A stretch of DNA of 48,056 bases, filler included, from Sphacelaria rigidula (lineage: Eukaryota): the NCBI GenBank assembly GCA_964200075.2. It is 2 parts of 2 records of this genome, joined end to end, with 100 filler letters (N's around TTAATTAATTAA, not from the genome) between each part and the next. Parts side by side here need not be neighbours in the genome. Positions count along the whole stretch, not along the records: positions 24,080 to 48,056 come from CAXNAA020000234.1; 1 more part is not named here. One strand, 5' to 3'. Shown piece by piece: positions 24,794 to 36,022 of the stretch. The notes beneath the pieces are model-generated. The model was not told the DNA's origin. It was given only the letters and a program-made list of their open reading frames with translations, and did no database searches. Position numbers and translations under genes: made by a program. The stretch's first letter is position 1, and the number at the start of each line of letters is the position of its first letter.

Positions 24794-27700
24794 TATCCAG
24801 GGTTAAGCAGCTCCATATTAGAGGGCCTACATTTTTTGTCGTGTGCTTATGGCGGATTCCAACGGATCACACACGAAGAGGCTCACCACGCCAATCCAAC
24901 TCGTGCGGTGTTTCGGCAAAGGAGAAGACAGCAAAAGGATGACTGTTTCGGAGAGGGTCAGATTAATTGTTCGTGTGCGATAATTATTGGACAGGAGATC
25001 GTGAAAAATACTACTTCCCGCTCAGGAGGAATTGGCCGGTATCCGAGGAGGTCGGTTTTCATTCTTCTCAGGGGAAAAACTATATGTGGACATCACAACA
25101 TACGAAAACAGCCAACACGAGACGACTAAAAACACATGAAAGATTATGAAATGGTCATGTACATCTACTCTATCGCACGTAACATACAACACGAACTGCT
25201 GTAATACTACGTTAAAAAAGTCGCGAGGCAAATACCCCATCAATTGGAAATACTGAAATGACTTGGAGCTATCACAATCGTTGGAAATTTCAGCACTCCT
25301 CAAACGCTTGTCGGTAGCAAACATGCAATATCAAGTCTTGTGAGCACAAGCAAAAATCGAAAATATACCCAGAACGATTTTCTCCTCAAGTAAAGTTCCC
25401 AAAACGGCCACGTCCCTCCAATCATTCTTCATACATATATTATGACGCCAAATTTGGGTTCCTCTCGGTCGAACGCTTCACGCAAACGTTGTTTCGTGAG
25501 TTCCAACTCTCCAAACAATCGAGTGCATGCGTTTGTGTTGGTTTTCTGTCGGCTATTCCTCAAGGGAATGGGGCTTGTGTCAGGTCAGAGCACCCTATCG
25601 CAGTTGTTACGACTGCCCACTGCGAGGGCCGTGGGCAAATTCATCACCACGACGAGAAATTCACCTGTCATATTATTCTGTGTTCGAATACAAGCAGTAC
25701 AGCCGCAAGAGTCTACAGTGTACGATTTCTCTAGCGAGTGGTGTCGAACACATATACATACATGCAGTTGGAAGCGCTGCGCAAAACGAAAAATCTTGAA
25801 ACAAAGGATACCGTGTACCTGGTCCGTGCGTAAAGAAGAGGGGGGCGTTGAGAACTCCATGCAATGTATTGAAGCATCCACGATGCTGTGGCAGGTACCT
25901 TGTCGCGGCGCGCATGGCACGCTTTACGTAAGCCGACGAACACCAACGAATCCAAATATGTAACGTTGAAAAGTGCATCACTACTACTCCGAAGTACAAA
26001 AGTACATAATACCAGTAATTCGAATGTCGCGCAAAATAATACCCAAGACCCTCAATGCACAGCAAGATATATTGCGTGTTCCCTCAACTCTCGACAACCA
26101 CCACTCTACCCCCCCCAGCTGACGTGACAAAGAGACAGATGTCAGCGGGAGACTAACAAGGTCAAGCTCTGGGTACAACGGGAACCTCCAGATGGAGCGA
26201 TTCCCGGGCAAGAAATAAACTAGAATGTACACGCCAACCGAGACTACATTAAAGCGACACGACGCTGTTCAAACAATGCCGCGTCGAGAAAATTTTACGA
26301 TACCCTACACGTTTCGTGTGCAACCTGTAAAAACACGCGTGTACATGTGTACATACGCACCCCGCGTCCGCACCACTAACGCACCCATACACACTGATGG
26401 CGTGTGCAATAACTCCTAGCCGTGCATTCCGAAGGTGAAAAACATACCGACAACAAACAACAGTGCCAAATCGTTAATGTCAAGTCGGGGGGCTGGGGGG
26501 AGGGGGGGGGTAGGATGGAACGGAACATCACGGCGCGCGGAAAAAAACAAGACGTGAGAATATTCACTGCTCCTTCCTGCCCCCCGCCCCCCCTTCCCCG
26601 CGAAAAAAACTTCACAATCAATACTCAAAAAGGCGTTTTACAACAGGAACCCGATAGGGCTCTTCCGTTTTACCGGGAGCTAACAGCAGGGGCGACAGAC
26701 GACAAAAAAACACACAAGCCCCAAGGCACAACAATAGCAGGTCGCCACGTACAGCGCTCGTAAAAGAAGTTATCAGATCAAGTGGCGACTGACACGACAC
26801 GAAGCACAGAGACTAGCTGCCGAGTTTTACTGCGGCAGCGAGGTAGGGCCTCGTTGCCGTAATGGCCGGGGCCACTTCCTTGCAGAACCCGCGGGGAAAG
26901 CAAACACCAAAACACGGTCTTCGGATCGCTCTGGGAATGCCGAAGTCTCTCTGCACAACCTGCAAGCGGCTACCCCACCCGCTCACCGGAGAATCATAGG
27001 CCGCCGTCTTACTTTCTCGCGTCCCAAGCCACAACGTTTCAACAAGATTCGTATCAATCATTGCGCGCATCGGATCACCCTCCTCACTGCAACATTCAGC
27101 AACTCTACACATATCTCACACGTTTTTGCCAGCAGCGCAAATCACATCGGCTGCATTGGTCACACAAAACTCACACCAAAAAAAGTGCAACACTCGACAC
27201 TGACAGAGCGTGGGCTAACGCCGGGGCGCTCTTATCAATCACGCACAGGGGGAGAACGTTGGCGCAGAAAACAACAAGTGCGGCACCGCACAGCAACAGC
27301 ACGAGCGAGATAACAATCTGAGCGGAAAAGCCCCCCGGAGATCTGACAACGCTTGTCCCTCTTCCGCTTCACCCAACATCGCCTATCCACCCCCTCGCCA
27401 CCGCCCCCCCCTCTCCTCCCCTCCCCCGTGACAGCATACATCCAAGTTGTGTACCCCACGGCACACGCGCCAACGCTCTCACACACGTAACACCCGCCGA
27501 CCGAGGGTAGCCAGCAGCTCACCCAAACGCTGCAATCTGCGACGCGCTCCTCATCAGCATCCACATATCCCAGACTAGTGCGAGTCCGCATCAAAAATGA
27601 ACGTAATACTTGCGCACAAAGCGTTCAGGGCATCCGAATGTCCACCCTCACGCACATGCCCCCCCCCTTCCCCCGCCGCCCTTCCACCTACCCCCTCAGG

Positions 27701-29515
27701 CTGCACGTCATCAGGCAATCACGGCAAGGTCCGGCCGATTGACTCGCACTCTGTGCCTTCTCCGGGTGTGCTCTGGAGAGGTCCCCACTCTCCAGCGGGG
27801 TGCCATCACACCGCAACACATGAAGGTGTGCGATAGGGTGCACGATCTACGACAATCAAGTCGATAAGAAAAAATCAATAAAAAAGGCAGAGAAAGTCGT
27901 AATGAACAACCAAACAAGTACTTTTTCACACACCAGAAAATTAAATTTGGCAGGTTTGTTTTTTTTCTGACTTGTTCAGCGCATACGCGTGCTTGGGAGG
28001 AAAGTGCGATAAAAATACTGCACTACACCCCCAGTCTAGGCAATCAGTAGTTCCCAACTTCATCCAATCGACAGGTTAGCCTCCCTCCCCCGCTCACACT
28101 AAATATACCATCCATGCCGACTCTCTCCCTTCCCTTCATCCCGCCCCTCGCATCAGACTGAAAGACACGGACAGACGACACGAGGAATACCATCCGCTGC
28201 AGCGGCTACAACAAAGCACGCGCACACGGGTATAATAGAGGTACCGGGTGCCACCAATGGAGGTATGAGGGGCAGGGGTGTGGCGGTGGGGATCGCGGGT
28301 ACGAGTCTTCCACGCCTCGTGCTGTACGTTTTTCCAACCCTGAAGCCCTGTTGCCACCCCTCATTGGTTACTCTGGCCGATGCCCCGTGCTTGACTATGC
28401 TTCCAAAACACAGGCATGTCAGCATCGCCGTCGTTCTCGTCCTCAATGTACGGCATATTACCGTGAGCCTGTAACACAAACGTGGATAAATGGAGGTCAT
28501 GAATTACGGAGCGCATCGCGACACACAAAAATGGCGAGGAGAGGAGAAGCAATCATTCAGGTAGTGCGAATGAGATAAAAACCGTGATTATTATGCTGAG
28601 GTTCCATCACCATGACGAAAAGCTCCAGGTGATCGCATAGGCTTGATTCTAGGGGTGATCGATGCGCAATGACCAGCCACCTGGGCAGCAATATCATAGT
28701 AAGCTGACGTATGCTTCATGTATGAACGCTGGGGAAGAAACGAAACAATCTGCCCGCGACTGTTTGCCATACGCCCATTGGCACTACAATGATACATTCC
28801 TACGGCGTCAATGGGCGTAGAGCAACACCACCCGCCCCGACTTCTCTGTGCTTCTCAGATAAATTCATATGCATGCCCTCCTTGCACTTCTTGGATTGTT
28901 CCTGGCTAGCTGTCCCCTACCCCCCCCCCCTCCCCACCCCGCCCCCCGCAAACCAAGATCCCCGTCCGAATCACGCCAGTCCCAGCACACACTCCGGTTT
29001 CAAGAATGATGTACTTACAGCCTGTCCACATGACGCTCAGGCTTGGTACTATACTGATGCAAGCTGTTCAGCGTGCCCGATTGCTTCCCAACTCGGTATC
29101 AAGGAATGTACGGCATCACCCTCCTACGCAGCAACCAGCAACGTCCACCACCACCACCACCACTACCACCGAACATCGCAACAGATGCCTCATATCTCGG
29201 CAAGATGCCTGCACATTTCGAGGCCTCGCCGTACCCCCGAATTTCATCATTGCGGCCCTAACCCGCGGCTCACGGTGTGCTACACCCAACACGTGGATAT
29301 TGCTTGACAAAATGGCGGGGTCATTGAGCCTGTGCCACAACGATGGAAGCTTGAATGCTATGCCTCTTGCTAAGAGCCCTACACTTTAAATGAGATAAAC
29401 ATACGCTTCAACCTCTTCTCGACAGAGGCGATTGAAAAGTGTGGATTTCGAGGTACTGTTTTTCACGACATATGGTTGAGTTTTTCACATCTTCCACGCA
29501 AAACAATTAGCGCGA

Positions 29516-29995
29516 GGCCGGATGTTATGGCACACAGATTTTGGCCCACGGATTGTTCACTTTTGGGACGTTTGACCCACTTTTCTAACCCCCCAAACAG
29601 GGAAAATCGCCAACTCACGTCTCGGACACGTTGCATCACTCCACAGAGAGGAGCCTAGCCTACTTCTCAGATTCGCTTGGCTCCAAGGTTTCGAGATTGG
29701 ACGCTGAACGATAATCCGTGGGCAATAAAATCTACGGCGATCTCCACAGATTATTGGGCAAACTACCGTATGGCAAGCACAGATTTTTGTACACGAATTC
29801 TTGTTCAGCGGCCAATCTCGAAACCTCGGAGCCCAGTGAATCTGAAAAGTAGGCTGGGCTCCTCTCTGTGAGGTGATACAAAGTGTCCGAGACGTGTGTT
29901 GGCGGTTTTCTACGTTTGGGGGTCAAAAAGTGGGTCGAATGTCCCAAAAGTGAACAATCCGTGGGCCAATAATCTGTGTACCATAACATCCGGCC
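29516..29995. mobile_element. Foldback MITE with long imperfect inverted arms
   Basis: Ends GGCCGGATGTTATGG / CCATAACATCCGGCC; the arms pair imperfectly through most of the element. Confidence 0.85.
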
Positions 29996-31656
29996 GGATG
30001 CGTGTTTTTCAGGCCAGAGTAGAAATGTGCCTCAGCGCAGCACGGTACTCAGTGCATAGAAAATAGACAGGCGATGCCGATTATTGTTTGCCGGGAATTA
30101 AGGCACGCAGGCGCTAATTTTGGTTGTGTGCACGAAGTTGAACGCACTCCACCTGTTGCGTCTTTTCATTGGACAAAACCAATCCGACCGCACCGAGGTG
30201 ACACTTTTGGTGCGCGTATGACCTATGCTGGTGGATTCTTCTGTGGCATTTCGCCGTAGAAATAGTTGCCTTCGGTCTTTTCTGTTCTCCCATCTTTTCG
30301 TCTTTATCAGGGCTTGAAATAATGAGGCGTCTGGCCCCGGGACGGAAGGAAGGGGTTCCCAAAAGGTGATATAAAAGGAATCTCCAAGGCCAACTGATAG
30401 ACGGGAACTATGCCGCGGTATGTGGTCAAAATTCACTGTACCAACAACTCATGAGCACGTACAATGTGGTGAAGCATGAAAAAAGCGATGTAAAACTCAT
30501 CGGTCTTCGCTGACTTTGAGGAAAAAAACTTCGTCATTTGGCAAAATACACGGATCATCTCAAGACCAGCAAAAATCAAAATCAATCGATTCGGATCAAG
30601 CATTGAACACGATGTGGGACCCGCGACTACGCTGTGACTCGTAGTCGTTTTCACGACCTAGCGACGCACTGGCAAGGCGATGGGCAACTAAAAACGGAGA
30701 CTTTCTTCACCCCTACAGTGGTCGAAAGCACAACAGTTTGGAACTCCAAATAATATTGAAACACGAAATTTTCGAGACGATGAGACGCTCACGTGAAACG
30801 CGTCGTTTCTCGACTCACCATGTCTGGCGGCCGCTGAGCGCTACCCGAAAATATCCCCGATTGTGCGTCGAAGAGGAGCTCCTCGTCCTCAACGCTTTCG
30901 GTACGAGCGTTACCCCAGTCCGCGGCGTCCTTTAAAAAGTTTTGGAAAAAAAAAAACATGGCAGCAACAGCAGCAGTACCAGCAACGGAAGTTTTTTACA
31001 CCAAAGAGACGGTAGGGGTGCACAAATATTTTCCGAGGTTAGAATTGTTGGGAGCCCAGTATCTCATGCCAAACACGACTTATGAAATATGTGAGAGTAC
31101 GCCAGGATTACTATTCCAATGTGCAAGGGATGTCCCGAATAAATTTGCAAACGGGGGTACCCTGACCCATATTCTTGTGCATCTAGAGTCTTTAGGAGCC
31201 CCTGAACCAGACAAGATTTCGCGCAAAAAGTGCACATCTACCACAGCATTGCCCCGAAGAAAAGAAAAAGTGTTTCACAAATGGAGAAAAAAAATCGCTA
31301 CTATACAAGAGAAAAATCATTTCGTGTGAAAACAGGAACGCGTCAGACAGCAACCCACATACCGCTACGGCCACAAAAAACACCAGGGGGCTTCCCCACA
31401 GATGGAGTATCCTCTCATCCCGTGTCCCCATCACCAAAACGCCCGTGGCAATATTTTCGCAGCAGCTGCCAAGGGCACTCAAGCGCTCGAAACTCCCGTC
31501 GGATTCCAATCAACAGCAAAAAAAAAGCAGAGGATGAATCGCTTGCCGAGATGAGAACAGATAGATAAGGGCCTTCGCGGTACCCACCGACCACGCTTGA
31601 GAGGTCAGCGGGAGGCCGTCCGTACTTGACCCTCCAGCGCCAGACCCTCATGAGAA

Positions 31657-31836
31657 TATATCACACCTTGGACAATATATGTCATAGATGCAATAGACGA
31701 TAAGTGTACTGCATAAAGTATAGGCCTATTGCAACTATTGCCGGCCGACAGTAGTCGCAATAGGCCTATACTTTATGCAGTAGATTTCTTGTCTATTACA
31801 ACTATTGACCATATATTGTCCAAGGTGTGGAATATA
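31657..31836. repeat. Hairpin of about 180 nt (small MITE or pre-miRNA-like foldback)
   Basis: CACACCTTGGACAATATATG pairs with CATATATTGTCCAAGGTGTG; CTGCATAAAGTATAGGCCTATTGC pairs with GCAATAGGCCTATACTTTATGCAG; TA-rich flanks. Confidence 0.85.
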
Positions 31837-32849
31837 TATAGCGAGGTGACTGAGCCTCAACGCCCGTATCCCCCACCCTAAAGCGGGGCAGCTTCCAACT
31901 TTTTTGCCAGCACTGTTCACAATGGCTACAGGCTGCTTCACACATCACTCAAAATTTACGTACAAAATACATGGTGTTATTCTGAGCGCCATAGAAAACT
32001 GAAGAGGGTGATACAGCCGGATTTTCTCATCAAGGTCATAGAGGTGGCGCGAAGTGCGAAAATGTGCTTCGATCAATCAGCGCCCTTCGAAATTGTCCTG
32101 AAATAAAAATACCAATTTCCAACACAATGTCTAGCAAGTCTCCACATTCTTGAACCATAGTACCGTTCATCAGTTCGAGACTCTAACGGGACAACAGATT
32201 TGAGAACGGTTACACTGGGTTCGAATTATACCCCGAACCGTGAAATTGCGGTAAAATGGAGTTCCAACGTCGTCGTACCTTCAATTGTAATACACACCGA
32301 ATCCCAGAGAGTCTTTTGAACGGTTTCCCTTGCAAGTGTCGTGGAAAAAGTGCTACCGCTCCAAAACTTAGCAGCTGGGTAGGTATTGTTGCTCCAAGTG
32401 GAACTACGAATTTCTGGAAATATTTCGAAGTTTTCTCCGTTCTGTACCGGCTTCTGGGGGTCCGGGCGGTGGAGATCCTCGAAACCCACGGTAACTCCAA
32501 GGAACCTTCGTACAAAATTTCGTCGCGAAACTCGGAAAGGTGATACAGTGGGGGTTGTTTTCAATGTTGAACGTGCCCGGAAAGTCGGTTCCGTACGAAA
32601 TCAAGCGGTTAGTACTCTTGACGATCAAAGTTCACTTCAACACACGCGAGCGTGAATGTCCAGGGCGTGTCTCAGCACATCGAAAAAAAGGGGCGGTGGA
32701 ATTGATATGAGCGAAATTCGCTCATTGTAGTCTAACTGGGGTCCAGGCGATTTTTCAAGCTTCCGGTCGACAAGAGACTGAAATTCGTGAAACGGTACTT
32801 GGTCGATTGTGCACAGTACAGACAATCTGTGCTGTTTGCACTGTTCACA

Positions 32850-32853
<4 letters not shown>

Positions 32854-32902
<49 letters not shown>

Positions 32903-32908
32903 CGCGCG
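32854..32908. repeat. (GT)n(GC)n compound microsatellite
   Basis: About 20 GT units followed directly by about 7 GC units. Confidence 0.95.
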
Positions 32909-33505
32909 TTTCGAACAGTGAGATGTGAAAGAGAAGCGGGCAACGTGCAGTACGGACAGCGCACGATTTCATGTTCTCTCTGCTCATAGTGCGACGCGAA
33001 AAGAGCTTAGACAACGTGAAGATTTTGTGCTACCTGCTCTGTTCATGAGCGTGTGCGCAAGCCGTTTGCCCACCCCACCACGCACTTCCTTCGCTGATCC
33101 CTTGCATGAGACAAGATACTCAGGGGCTTTCGCCAAGAAATAGAGGAAGCATACCCAACTACTGCAGCGGATCTTTCCCTGCGCTCACTCGTGCTCTATG
33201 CTGCACGCTTGCGGTGGTAGCTGAGAATGGGTTCTGCGGAGTTTGCCCGGTTCTGTGAGCCGGGAGTATCTGACGTTGTGGTCTGTAAGATAGGAGTCAA
33301 GCTCCACTTCGTGCCTTTCGACCGCATCTTTCTCTATCGAAAAAGCTTAGCTTTATTGCTTTTTGCTTCTTTTGCGTGAGCCACTGATTGTAAATTTGAG
33401 CTGAACCTTTCATGGAACAGAAATACGGTGGACCTATCAGATCGGAAAAAAAAAAAATCGACCGCACTTTCTCGATCGAAAAAGATGTGTGAAGACACGC
33501 CCTTA

Positions 33506-33976
33506 GGCTACTTATGTATCAAAAAATAAAACTTGTTGAAAAGTGCATTTTTGGCCCTTCTCCGTCGTTTTCCCCCCGAAAAGAGGACTAGGCAGCTAGC
33601 TGTTGACACCTTGGAATGACTTGCTCTACTCGCTGAGACGGTCCCAGAGCACCTTTGCGTTTGCCGCAGGTCACGGTTTCGTTTTCGGCCAAACTTGCAT
33701 TTTCAATTAGCAACGGTCAAGTTACCAAAAAATGTCAGTTTTCCCCCCTGTTTTTAGATAGCTTGACCGTTTGTTATTGAAAAAGCAAATTTGGCCGAAA
33801 ACGAAACCGTGACCTACGGCAAACGCAGAGGTGCTCTGGGACCGTCTCAGCGAATAGAACAAGTCATTCCAAGGTGTCAACAGCTGCCTAGTCCTCTTTT
33901 CGGGGGGAAAACGACGGAGAAGGGCCAAACATGCACTTTTCAACAAGTTTTATTTTTTTATACATAAGAAGTAGCC
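33506..33976. mobile_element. Foldback MITE, PIF/Harbinger type
   Basis: Inverted arms of about 215 nt (33506-33721 and 33762-33976), GGCTAC...GTAGCC ends, perfect TTA duplication at 33503-33505 and 33977-33979. Confidence 0.9.
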
Positions 33977-34087
33977 TTACACCGATTCTCGGAGTTGGAC
34001 TAGAAAACTGCCCGCGCATACTAAACGGCATGACGAAACTTTCGAAGAACGGCGTATATTCCTCCACGTCGCCGTATACCGGTCGTC

Positions 34088-34132
34088 TCAGACGACCCTT
34101 CTTCTCTGATGCCAGGACCCTGGGACCCACGT
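34088..34132 (-). CDS. Possible terminal exon of the unidentified gene (TWVPGSWHQRRRVV*)
   Basis: Strong TTTGTTTTTATTTCAG acceptor; TGA at 34088-34090 in phase 0. Confidence 0.4.
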   Translation of the reverse strand, partial: TWVPGSWHQRRRVV

Positions 34133-34578
34133 CTGAAATAAAAACAAATAGACACTGCTGTTCGAAAGTTTTATAACAAAATGTCCCGTAGTATGTGCGT
34201 GTACATTTTCCGAGTCGAAAGTCGAGAATCGCCGTGAGCGTTCGCGTATGAATTAATTCCGGGACATGTATGAGCATGAACCAGCCGGTGAAGACTGTGT
34301 ACTTGATGATGAGCAACTGCTGACTCATGTGCATCGTAACACCGAAGCGCTTGTTCATCACACAAACCCAGTCGTTTGACCCGCGGTCGAGCTAGGGCCT
34401 CCAGCATCGAGGGGGGGTAATTTTCTTCAACTGTTGAACGCATAATCGCGAATCATGTGAACGAGACAAGCGGGAGTCCAAAACATGGTGCGCGCGGATA
34501 AAATCCACCAGCGTAAACAACGAGGTACCCGACACCTGTATCGGACGGGAAAAACGTCTCCGGCGAGAGCTCACTCAC

Positions 34579-34788
34579 CTCTTCTTCTACCATACTACGA
34601 GGCCCTCGTCCTTGTGGCCCCCTCCCCACCGATCCTCGCCGATAGCCTCCGACGACCCGCGATCCCGTTGACATGCCCCTGCTTCCCCCGGAGTTGGGCG
34701 GTATCACCCCTAGTACCTGAGCCGCCTTATCCGTAATGTGTCCGTCTCGCGCGGTCACGTGCTGGCGATACGGGTTATGGCCCATGAC
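34579..34788 (-). CDS. Next exon of the same unidentified gene, Gly/Arg-rich (VMGHNPYRQ...GRGPQGRGPRSMVEEE)
   Basis: Strong GAG|GTGAGT donor, AAG acceptor after a pyrimidine tract, 210 nt open in phase 0. Confidence 0.55.
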
Positions 34789-35845
34789 CTTTTCGCCACA
34801 CGAAGTAGGAGGGAAAAAAACACGACGAGTAAGGACTACCATGACGGAACTGCGTCGTGCACAGCACTGATTGAGAGCGTTGTCGTGTTCATGGGGTCGA
34901 AAAGGTTCATCACCAACAGCGCAAGAGTTCCCTATTCAAGGATGTGTTAATACTCGCCAACCGTTTCGGCATGCAGAGGTATCATGTGTTCCTGTGCCTT
35001 GCTCAGGGCTACTGCATCGGGATCTACCCTGAATTGAGATGCCATCTACACTTTGCCCCAGTCTCCTGATTTATCTCCCGTCCAAACCGAGCTTCGAACT
35101 TAACCTCCGTGTGGTGAAAAGAGAGCTCGCGCGATGCGCCGCGACGTCAGGGCGGTACATTCGACATCTCAGTCAAAAACGAGCAAAAATCAAGCCTGGT
35201 GGACCTTTAACCTCGAAGGATTAGCCCCATCACCCAAACTTTGAGAATTACCTCAACTCCAGGTTGCATGCGAACTGCCGTGACGTGGATTCAGTCGTCC
35301 ATGGATCACCTCACTCCTAGACATGTACAACGCGACCGACTCTGTTCGTGGATAAACGCTAACGGTCTACTCATCGCATGGAGTGAAGATTTCGAACGAG
35401 CCGCGCGCCAGGGCGCAGCTAAAATCATCTGCACCAGACCTACCATGTACTTGGAGGCGTTCGGACCCCAACCCACCCCACGCAACAGCGGCCATCCCAT
35501 CGACAGCGAACATGTGGTCATTGTGAATCGAGTCCTTGATTGTATGGCGATGCGAGCGTTCACAACTCACGCAATTGAAATAATTGGAATATTAGCACGG
35601 AAGGATAAACAAATCTGAAGATTTATCTTCGATTCCCGACGGTTGCACCCGATCTTCCCCTGCCACCGATCCACCACAGCGAAAAAGGGGGCAGGAATCC
35701 AACCAACGCTGGATCTCCGAGCCCCTTCCCCCCCTCCAAATTCTCTCCTGCGTGTCCATATACAAACATGACGTTTTCAAGGGGTAGATATCCCTGTTTG
35801 CACTGCGCAGCTGCATAGGCGTTACGCCCTTCCCTGTCCATGTAC

Positions 35846-36022
35846 CTTAGCTGCTTTCGGCGGGACATGTGTTGGCCGTTCGTTGATACCCAGCAGTTGA
35901 CGCGCCTTGCTGGGTACGCGCATGTTGTGCGGTAGTACCGAGTACCGGTACGGCATGGAGGCATCGATCTCACGTACGTCGTACAGCTCCCCCGTGTCGC
36001 GGTTGACAACGGTGTATTTTGT
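35846..36022 (-). CDS. Exon of an unidentified gene (TKYTVVNRDTGELYDVREIDASMPYRYSVLPHNMRVPSKARQLLGINERPTHVPPKAAK)
   Basis: Long polypyrimidine tract with a CCAG acceptor, AAG|GTACA donor, 177 nt open in phase 0, coding-like composition. Confidence 0.65.
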
